Position numbers and translations under genes: made by a program
Notes under the pieces: generated by a model
Databases searched by the model: none
The model's input: only the letters and a program-made list of their open reading frames with translations
What the model was told of the DNA's origin: nothing
Origin: Acaryochloris marina S15
GTDB taxonomy: Bacteria > Cyanobacteriota > Cyanobacteriia > Thermosynechococcales > Thermosynechococcaceae
NCBI RefSeq assembly: GCF_018336915.1
Contig: NZ_CP064923.1
Location: 4,830,001-4,862,000, forward strand
DNA: 32,000 nt
Reading direction: 5' to 3'
Part shown: piece after piece, positions 9,972-16,915 of the stretch
Position numbering within the stretch: the stretch's first letter is position 1
Layout: each line of letters opens with the position of its first letter

Positions 9972-11864
9972 ATGACTCACTCGCTACGCTGGTTACTCCC
10001 CAGTCTGTGTGGAATGTTTCTCAGCTGTTTGCCAGCAGAAGCAGCCCAACTCCAGTCTTGGCGGTTTGATCAAAACAAAAATCGTTTAGAATTCACCACG
10101 GATGAAGAAATTCGGCCTCGGGTACAGCTGATTCCTAACCCCACTCGTTTAGTCGTCGATTTACCAGGGATTGTCCTAGGCAAACGCACCTTAAAGCAGA
10201 GTTTAGGTAGCCAGTTTCGCTCCGTCCGACTCGGACAAGTCAATGCCCAAACTGCACGAATTGTGGTGGAATTGGATCCGGCCTATACCCTCGATCCACA
10301 GCAAGTCAAAGTGGAAGGTTCTTCACCGACAAACTGGTCTATCAACCTACCAGAACCCAAGCGATGGAAGCCTTCTGGTGAAACGACTGACAATACTCTT
10401 ACAGCATCCACTCCAGCTCCTCTGTCGCCATCCCAGGTCGTTAAGCCGACATCGGCCCCCTCGCCACAAATAGTCGCCACAAAGCCTTCATCTCCCCCTC
10501 TCCAAATTGCCCAAAGCTCATCGGGGATCAGTGATATTTTGGTGACCGTCGATGGTCTTTTTCTGCCGACGAAGAAGACTAAACCCAAGGTAAAAGTCAA
10601 GCGCAGCCGGAATAAAAAAGAGATCACGTTCAAGATTTCTGGCACCACTATTGCCCCCCAACTGGCGAAGACCTTCACGCCTGGGTATCACGGCATCAAG
10701 AGCATGACCTTCAAGTCTGTATCTGATTCAGAAGCAGAGCTGCTGTTAACGGTGGACAAAGACAGCCCTGACTGGATGGCAAGTGTCAGTCGGTTCAGTG
10801 GGATTGTGCTCTTGCCCAAGGGTGGCCCCTCTGCCAACCGTTCAGCCCGTCGTCCTGGTACAACGGTCAGCTTAGTCTCGCCGAATCGCTCCACCGCTCC
10901 AACAGCCTCAACTAGCCAAATCAATACCATTCGCCGCATAGACTTGGGCGGACGACAACTCCTGATCAAAGCCGATCAACCGATCTCATACACGACCCGT
11001 TGGTCTGGTAGGGCCTATCAAATCACGATTAATTCTGCCAAATTAGCCGATGACTTGAGAAAACCACGACTAGGCTCTGGCAGCCCCTTATCTGACATTT
11101 CCGTGACGGAATCGGGCCAGAATACGGTGATCATTTCGGCCAAACCCAGCACGAATGTCAGAGTGACGGGTGTCCAACGGTTATCCAATCAGTCTATTTC
11201 CCTCAATTTACTCCGTCCGGGTCAGCGCCCCATTACCACCCGAATTCCGAGTACTCCCTCTCCCACCTCAACCCAACCAACACCTCCCATTACGGGACGC
11301 CCAGTTCGGGGTCGCAAAGTCATTGTGATCGATCCCGGCCATGGGGGACCCGATCCCGGTGCCATCGGCATTGGTGGTTTACGAGAAACCAATGTTGTTT
11401 TGGACATTAGCTTAGAAGTCTCCCGAATTCTCCAACGCCAGGGAGTCGTCGTTTATCTCACCCGAACGCGAGAAGTGGATGTTGATCTACCCCCCCGAGT
11501 GAGATTAGCGGAGAAAGTCAGGGCAACCGCTTTCGTCAGTATTCATGCCAATGCCATTAGTATGAGTCGTCCCGATGTGAATGGCTTAGAGACCTACCAT
11601 GCTCCAGGGGCTCGCTTAGGCTCTCGCTTTGCTCGAACCGTTCACAATACCATTTTGCGCAGCCTAAGAATGCCCGATCGCAAAGTCAGACCTGCTCGAT
11701 TCTATGTGATTCGCAAGACCTCGATGCCCGCCATTTTAGTAGAAACCGGTTTTCTCACAGGGGCAAAAGATATTGTGGGCTTGAGAAATCCTGCCTGGCG
11801 TAAACGCATGGCTCAAGCCATTGCCCAGGGAATTCTCAATTATCTGAATGGTCGCTACAACTAG
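9972..11864 (+). CDS. amiC: N-acetylmuramoyl-L-alanine amidase with N-terminal AMIN domain(s) (AmiC-like)
   Basis: The C-terminal Amidase_3 domain shows VIVIDPGHGGPDPGA, SIHANA and ILVETGFL. An N-terminal AMIN-type module shows LQSWRFD...RLVVDLPG...VRLGQ...ARIVVEL. The linker is Pro/Ser/Thr-rich. I prefer the ATG at 9972 (MTHSLRWLLPSLCGMFLSCLPAEA, signal-peptide-like, preceded by AAAGGGGG) over the track start at 9750. Confidence 0.85.
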   Translation: MTHSLRWLLPSLCGMFLSCLPAEAAQLQSWRFDQNKNRLEFTTDEEIRPRVQLIPNPTRLVVDLPGIVLGKRTLKQSLGSQFRSVRLGQVNAQTARIVVELDPAYTLDPQQVKVEGSSPTNWSINLPEPKRWKPSGETTDNTLTASTPAPLSPSQVVKPTSAPSPQIVATKPSSPPLQIAQSSSGISDILVTVDGLFLPTKKTKPKVKVKRSRNKKEITFKISGTTIAPQLAKTFTPGYHGIKSMTFKSVSDSEAELLLTVDKDSPDWMASVSRFSGIVLLPKGGPSANRSARRPGTTVSLVSPNRSTAPTASTSQINTIRRIDLGGRQLLIKADQPISYTTRWSGRAYQITINSAKLADDLRKPRLGSGSPLSDISVTESGQNTVIISAKPSTNVRVTGVQRLSNQSISLNLLRPGQRPITTRIPSTPSPTSTQPTPPITGRPVRGRKVIVIDPGHGGPDPGAIGIGGLRETNVVLDISLEVSRILQRQGVVVYLTRTREVDVDLPPRVRLAEKVRATAFVSIHANAISMSRPDVNGLETYHAPGARLGSRFARTVHNTILRSLRMPDRKVRPARFYVIRKTSMPAILVETGFLTGAKDIVGLRNPAWRKRMAQAIAQGILNYLNGRYN

Positions 11865-12832
11865 GTTTGAGACTTTAACACAGCATTGGCCATCGTAATG
11901 CTTTTGCGCACAGCTTGAGCGGAAGTCTGTAATGCTTGGGCATCGTCTGGGGACAGATCAAGTTCTAACACCTTCGTCACACCTTGACGGCTCAAGCAAG
12001 TAGGAACCCCCAAGAAAATATCAGAGAGACCATATTGCCCATCCAGATAGGCGGCAGCAGGTAAAACACGAGACCGATCAAATAGAATGGATTCCACCAT
12101 TAAGGACGCGGAAGAAGCCGGGGCAAAATAGGCGCTACCGGCCTGCATAAGACTGACGATTTCAGCCCCACCATTACGGGTGCGATCGACTAACTGCTGA
12201 ATAGTCTTCTCATCCATCAGTTCAGTGATCGGGATACCACTAACGGTGGAATAGCGGGGCAGAGGCACCATCAAATCTCCATGTCCCCCCAACACCATGG
12301 CATGGACATTGGTAATCGAGACTTTCAGTTCTAGAGCAATAAAGGTTTCAAATCGGGCGGCATCTAAGACTCCTGCCATCCCGACCACTCGTTCTGGGGG
12401 TAAGCCACTCGACTGCCAAGCCAGATAAGTCATGACGTCTAAAGGATTCGTAACCACCATCAAAATGGCATGGGGCGACTGAGCAATGGCTTGGCGAGTC
12501 ACGTCCGTAATGATCTGGGCATTCACCTTCAGCAGATCATCGCGGCTCATGCCCGGTTTGCGGGGGAGGCCAGCCGTAATCACAATGACATCGGAGTTTT
12601 GGGTGTCGGCATAATCTGCCGTGCCGATAATGGTGCGATCGTGATGCTCCACACCCCGTGCTTCCATTAAATCTAAGGCTAATCCTTGAGGACGTCCTGC
12701 CTGAATATCGAGCAGAACGACGTCAGCAATATTCTTCTCGACAATTCGCTGCCCTAAGGTGCTGCCAACATTACCCGCTCCCACGATGGTAACGCGGGGG
12801 GCTTGGGTTCCTGGTAAGCAGGTGAGGTTCAT
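11861..12832 (-). CDS. mdh: Malate dehydrogenase (LDH-like MDH family)
   Basis: Motifs present: VTIVGAGNVGS NAD-binding motif, GLPRKPGMSRDDLL (Arg typical of MDH specificity), and the catalytic context GGHGD. I prefer the ATG at 12832 (MNLTCLPGTQAPRVTIVGAG, preceded by GAGGT) to the track start at 12880. Confidence 0.92.
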   Translation of the reverse strand: MNLTCLPGTQAPRVTIVGAGNVGSTLGQRIVEKNIADVVLLDIQAGRPQGLALDLMEARGVEHHDRTIIGTADYADTQNSDVIVITAGLPRKPGMSRDDLLKVNAQIITDVTRQAIAQSPHAILMVVTNPLDVMTYLAWQSSGLPPERVVGMAGVLDAARFETFIALELKVSITNVHAMVLGGHGDLMVPLPRYSTVSGIPITELMDEKTIQQLVDRTRNGGAEIVSLMQAGSAYFAPASSASLMVESILFDRSRVLPAAAYLDGQYGLSDIFLGVPTCLSRQGVTKVLELDLSPDDAQALQTSAQAVRKSITMANAVLKSQT

Positions 12833-12856
12833 ACCTCTATTGTGGTCGGACAAACT

Positions 12857-12864
12857 GCGATCGC
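12857..12864. repeat. HIP1 octamer GCGATCGC
   Basis: Exact palindromic octamer, in the ndhO-mdh spacer. Confidence 0.9.
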
Positions 12865-12892
12865 ACTGATCCGTAACCAATCGTTGAGATTA

Positions 12893-13102
12893 TTAGGCCG
12901 CTTCTAACTGATCGACCCGGAGCCAGACTGTGGGCACAGGGACGCGAAACTGAATCTGGGCATAGTCACCCTTAATCTCTAATACTTCTCCGGTCCCCTC
13001 AAAAACATAGGGGGGCAAACGACGATCGCTGGCCTTGGCCTCTACGCTATTTTCAAATTTTTCGGGAACGATACGGACTAGACTTCCTTTCTTTACAGCC
13101 AT
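12893..13102 (-). CDS. ndhO: NDH-1 subunit O (NdhO)
   Basis: The ~69-aa product from the internal ATG reads [69 protein letters not shown]. It matches my recollection of cyanobacterial NdhO (KKGSLVR, LEAKASD, PVP.VWLR.DQLE). Confidence 0.8.
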   Translation of the reverse strand: MAVKKGSLVRIVPEKFENSVEAKASDRRLPPYVFEGTGEVLEIKGDYAQIQFRVPVPTVWLRVDQLEAA

Positions 13103-13354
13103 AATTGCGGGTAACTTTACCAAAGTGAGAGCCATCGCTATTGTAGTCGCTTTCCTTGCCCTGATCCTAAATTCAGTGATTCACACCGCCGATAGACTGT
13201 CTCATTCAGTCGCAAGTTTGAGCCGTTTTCACTACATCCCAACTATTTGCAAGAAATCATTACACTTAAAAGTCGTAGCGGTTGTATTCACCCAATTGAG
13301 GGGAATCACGCTGCATTGAGAACACTGCCGAAGCCTGAAAGGAACACATTAAAA

Positions 13355-13822
13355 ATGGAAGAACTATTAGCCCCCATCGCGGGATTTTTTCAAAGTTTAG
13401 GATTGCCTGAGCCCATCGTGCATTGGGGCCATCCCACCATGATGGGAATTGTGGTGTTTGTAATGGGATCCTATGCGGGTGTAAAAGGATGGCAAGGCCG
13501 CTTAGCCACTGATGAAGAAGATGGGAGCCAGAAAAGAGCGGCCCATGCTCAAGTGGTGCCCTGGATGTTTTTGTTTATCGTTTTGGGATATACCGGAGGC
13601 GTGCTGTCTTTGGTGATGCAAGAACAGCCGATTTTTGAGAGTCCCCACTTCTGGTCGGGTACCGCTGTGATTGGTTTATTGGCGACTAATGCTGTGCTGT
13701 CCATCAGCAACTTTTGGGGAGAAAACAGTTTTCGCTCGGCCCATGCTTATGTTGGTAGCTCTGCCTTAGTTCTACTGGTTGTCCATACGCTACTGGGTTT
13801 TAAATTAGGTTTATCGTTTTAA
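13355..13822 (+). CDS. DUF4079-like four-TM membrane protein with conserved His residues
   Basis: 155 aa from MEELLAPIAGFF. It has four hydrophobic helices with His residues at the helix ends (HWGHPTMMG, AAHAQV, SPHFW, AHAYVG, VVHTLLG), a pattern I associate with the cyanobacterial/plant DUF4079 family. The upstream 36 codons of the track ORF look non-coding. Confidence 0.6.
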   Translation: MEELLAPIAGFFQSLGLPEPIVHWGHPTMMGIVVFVMGSYAGVKGWQGRLATDEEDGSQKRAAHAQVVPWMFLFIVLGYTGGVLSLVMQEQPIFESPHFWSGTAVIGLLATNAVLSISNFWGENSFRSAHAYVGSSALVLLVVHTLLGFKLGLSF

Positions 13823-13950
13823 CCTAACGGAACTACAGTCGCTAACCTCAAGTCAGCCCACACGTCTCCCTTCCCAGAATAGGAAGAAGCCCTGTCAATA
13901 CTGCGTTATTTCCCAACACTTTATACTGAGTCTGTCTAACGCAAAGATTG

Positions 13951-13984
13951 AGTAACCATCCTCTCTTGCAAGGGGATGGTTACT
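13951..13984 (+). terminator. 14-bp stem-loop without a U-tract (possible terminator or processing site)
   Basis: AGTAACCATCCTCT / AGGGGATGGTTACT form a 14-bp stem (one G-U pair) with the loop CTTGCA. It lies ~130 nt after the DUF4079-like gene and 25 nt before the cupin ATG. No T-run follows it. Confidence 0.35.
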
Positions 13985-14009
13985 GTCCACGTGACTCAAG
14001 AGTGTAGCG

Positions 14010-14483
14010 ATGAATTTCACACCCCATTTAGTCAAAGCCTCCACCCTCCAAGAGTCGCCAGAACAATGTTTTCAACATCCCTTGAATCCCAATGCCATCC
14101 GTCACACTAAATCGATAGGAGATTGGGTAGGACTCAAACGACTGGGGGTCCACCTAGTCCGAGTAGAGCCGGGCCGAGACACAACGCAGTTCCACTACCA
14201 TCATCAAGAAGAAGAATTTATTTATATCCTTTCAGGAAAAGGGATTGCTGTCATTGGTGAAGCTGAATATGAAGTCGGCCCAGGCGACTTTATGGGATTT
14301 ACAGCCCCTTCCCAACCCCATAGTTTGTCTAATCCCTTTGACCAAGACTTGGTGTATTTGATGGGGGGAGAACGACGCTCTGTAGATATCTGTGACTATC
14401 CCAAATTGCAGCAACGCTTAATTCGCAATGGTGAGAACCGTCAACTTTATAACTGGGATGATCAGCAGCCATTTGAGACCTAA
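14010..14483 (+). CDS. Cupin domain protein
   Basis: 157 aa. The cupin motifs are spaced as in the two-motif cupin_2 fold: HYHHQEEEFIYILSGKG ... GDFMGFTAPSQPHSLSN. Confidence 0.8.
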   Translation: MNFTPHLVKASTLQESPEQCFQHPLNPNAIRHTKSIGDWVGLKRLGVHLVRVEPGRDTTQFHYHHQEEEFIYILSGKGIAVIGEAEYEVGPGDFMGFTAPSQPHSLSNPFDQDLVYLMGGERRSVDICDYPKLQQRLIRNGENRQLYNWDDQQPFET

Positions 14484-16757
14484 ATGCAGGCGTTGAATGG
14501 TGCTATTCTCTGCATTGCCTGGATCGTCGGATTACTCTCCACCGCTCACCCTTATGGCTGGCTGGGGTTAATTGGCTTAGGGCTGGGACTGATGGGGATG
14601 CGAGCCCTCAGTTTGCGACAGCCTTGGCCTGTTCTCTATCCTTGGCGACGCGGCCCCACTGTGATCTTTTGGCTAGGCATGTTAGGACTAACCCTATTTG
14701 CCAGCCTGTATTTCATAATGCGGACTCCAACGCCTGGACCACAAGATATCAGCCGAGCCGTCGCTGAAGTCTCTCGCTCACCCGTTACTGTCACAGGCAC
14801 CGTGACAACGATGCCTCGCCTAACGCGAAGTCAAAATATTCAGTTTCAGATGGAGGCCTTAAAACTACAAGCAAAGCCGACTCAAAAAACGGTTCGCGGA
14901 CTGCTCTATGTATCCTTACCTCCGAAGCAGGGGCTAGAACTGCATCCAGGACAACGAATAGAAGTTTCTGGCTATCTTTATAAGCCTCGCCACTCCTCTA
15001 CGCCCCAAGGCTTTGATTTCGAAGACTATTTGACCCGCTCCGGTATCTTTGCAGGCTTACGAGGTAAAACCGTTACGGTTAAGCAACCTGGAGGAACTTG
15101 GGGCGGATGGGCTGTGCGGCAACGCATTGTGCGATCGCACGCCCGATACCTAGGGCCAGACAAAGGGGCCTTAGTCAGCGCCATGGTTTTAGGCCATCGT
15201 CGGGTCGATTTACCGTTCGATTTACGCAATCGCTTTGTCAAAGTAGGTCTAGCCCATGCCCTAGCCGCGTCAGGGTTCCATGTTTCCATCATTCTCTTGG
15301 GAATGCTGAAGGTCACGAGTCGTCTATCGCCTCGAACACAACTTCTCACTGGGCTCATCGGACTTAGTGTTTTTATCTTCTTGAGTGGGTTTGAGCCTTC
15401 TGTTTCCCGCGCGGTCTTAATGGGCATGGCCGGTCTGGCAGCCGTTGCGGCCAACCGGAGGTTGAATCCAGTCGGTGTATTGCTGGTCGTGGCTGTTGGG
15501 CTGCTCGTCATCCAGCCCCAATGGATCTGGGATTTGGGATTTCAGCTCAGCTTCCTCGCCACCTTGGGACTGATTGTGACGGTGCCCCCCTTAACTCAGA
15601 AACTGGATTGGTTACCCCCTGCGATCGCATCTCTATTCGCCGTGCCCATTGCCGCCATGCTATGGACTTTACCCTTACAGCTCTATCAGTTTGGAATTGC
15701 CCCCCTTTACAGTTTGCTGGCCAATCTCTGCACAACACCGTTTTTGATTCTGCTAACGGCAGGCGGATTTTTCAGCGGCATCATATCGGTGGTATGGCCT
15801 TGGGCAGGGAGTCTACTGGCTTGGCTGCTGGCGATACCCACCCAGGGATTGATTTGGCTAGTGACTCAGATTAGCCAGTTGCCGGGAGCTTCCATCACTC
15901 TGGGGACCATCTCGATTGGGCAGTTGGTGCTGCTCTATGGACTGCTGGTATCGGCATGGCTCTTACCGGTTTGGAAGCAACGTTTACCCCTATTGATCAC
16001 CCTGGCTTCAGCCATCATCATTCTGCCCATTTGGCATCATCAAGTCCATCGCTTTCAAATCACGATTTTTGACCGGGCGACACCCCCGATGATGGTGATG
16101 CAGCAACCGGGTGGGACTTTGGTGTTGAATAGTGGCGATCGCAATATCGCATCGCAAACCCTCGTTCCCTTTTTGCAACGCCAGGGCATTGATCAAGTAG
16201 ATCTGGCTTTAGCCACGGACTTACGACCTCGCTGGCGAGAAGGATGGCCCGCTTTACTCCAGCAAGTTCCCCTAGAACAGCTCATTCCCATCTCTTTAAC
16301 CGACAACACCGCCTTGCAAGAATGGATTCTCAAATCCCAGGTCCAGCCAAAACAACTGCGCTTACTGCAAGTCGGGGAACAGCTGATTCAAAACCAAACT
16401 CAAATCAGCGTCTTGCGTCACCAACCCACTCTGCTGCAGTTCACCGTCAATCAGCAAAATTGGCTGATGGTTGCAGGTCGGTATCAAAGTCTATTGACTT
16501 GGCTGCAAACGACCCCAGTAACCTCTCCACAAGTACTATGGTGGTCCACAAAGGTTGATCTAGAAGCCATCAAACAGTTGCAGCCCCAAGTTCTGATTCT
16601 CACGTCTCGCAATATCGATGCTCAAAGTTTAAGCCAGCTAGAACGCCAAATCCCCCAGGTCTTTTGGACACCCAGAGATGGCGCAGTGCAGTGGACCCGC
16701 GATCGCGGTTTTGAATCCACCTTCCCCCTTAGTGAAAATCCGGCTTCTCCCCTGTAG
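14484..16757 (+). CDS. comEC: ComEC/Rec2 family DNA-internalisation channel protein
   Basis: 757 aa. It has an N-terminal TM plus OB-like region, and a competence-domain signature (VKVGLAHALAASGFHVSIIL) followed by many TM helices. The C-terminal ~230 aa align by eye with the ComEC metallo-beta-lactamase domain. The ATG abuts the cupin stop codon (TAAATG). Confidence 0.85.
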   Translation: MQALNGAILCIAWIVGLLSTAHPYGWLGLIGLGLGLMGMRALSLRQPWPVLYPWRRGPTVIFWLGMLGLTLFASLYFIMRTPTPGPQDISRAVAEVSRSPVTVTGTVTTMPRLTRSQNIQFQMEALKLQAKPTQKTVRGLLYVSLPPKQGLELHPGQRIEVSGYLYKPRHSSTPQGFDFEDYLTRSGIFAGLRGKTVTVKQPGGTWGGWAVRQRIVRSHARYLGPDKGALVSAMVLGHRRVDLPFDLRNRFVKVGLAHALAASGFHVSIILLGMLKVTSRLSPRTQLLTGLIGLSVFIFLSGFEPSVSRAVLMGMAGLAAVAANRRLNPVGVLLVVAVGLLVIQPQWIWDLGFQLSFLATLGLIVTVPPLTQKLDWLPPAIASLFAVPIAAMLWTLPLQLYQFGIAPLYSLLANLCTTPFLILLTAGGFFSGIISVVWPWAGSLLAWLLAIPTQGLIWLVTQISQLPGASITLGTISIGQLVLLYGLLVSAWLLPVWKQRLPLLITLASAIIILPIWHHQVHRFQITIFDRATPPMMVMQQPGGTLVLNSGDRNIASQTLVPFLQRQGIDQVDLALATDLRPRWREGWPALLQQVPLEQLIPISLTDNTALQEWILKSQVQPKQLRLLQVGEQLIQNQTQISVLRHQPTLLQFTVNQQNWLMVAGRYQSLLTWLQTTPVTSPQVLWWSTKVDLEAIKQLQPQVLILTSRNIDAQSLSQLERQIPQVFWTPRDGAVQWTRDRGFESTFPLSENPASPL
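15131..15138. repeat. HIP1 octamer GCGATCGC
   Basis: Exact palindromic octamer, inside comEC. Confidence 0.9.
15621..15628. repeat. HIP1 octamer GCGATCGC
   Basis: Exact palindromic octamer, inside comEC. Confidence 0.9.
16135..16142. repeat. HIP1 octamer GCGATCGC
   Basis: Exact palindromic octamer, inside comEC. Confidence 0.9.
16699..16706. repeat. HIP1 octamer GCGATCGC
   Basis: Exact palindromic octamer, inside comEC. Confidence 0.9.
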
Positions 16758-16791
16758 AATAGGCATTAGACTAAACCAACAACCCCAACCT

Positions 16792-16878
16792 GGAGAGGTG
16801 GCAGAGTGGTTGAATGCGGCAGACTCGAAATCTGTTTTAGGGTCAAACTTAACGGGGGTTCGAATCCCCCCCTCTCCG
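16792..16878 (+). tRNA. tRNA-Ser (anticodon CGA), class II with long variable arm
   Basis: Acceptor stem GGAGAGG/CCTCTCC, 3-bp D stem GCA/TGC, anticodon stem-loop GCAGA-CTCGAAA-TCTGT, variable arm TTAGG...CTTAA, T arm GGGGG-TTCGAAT-CCCCC, discriminator G. CCA is not encoded. Confidence 0.93.
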
Positions 16879-16915
16879 TTTTAATTGAGGTATAGTCAGC
16901 AAGCGGATAATAGTG

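Noticed and set aside
12833-12880. Upstream extension of mdh (track start at 12880)
   Set aside because: The internal ATG at 12832 gives the usual short leader before the GAGNVG motif and has a GAGGT ribosome-binding site. This is uncertain but preferred.
15026-15511. 161-aa antisense ORF inside comEC
   Set aside because: It lies opposite the conserved competence domain, with an Arg/Pro/Thr-rich low-complexity translation.
16678-16884. 68-aa plus-strand ORF spanning the comEC end and tRNA-Ser
   Set aside because: It reads through a well-formed tRNA gene in a frame that overlaps comEC. It is a chance ORF.
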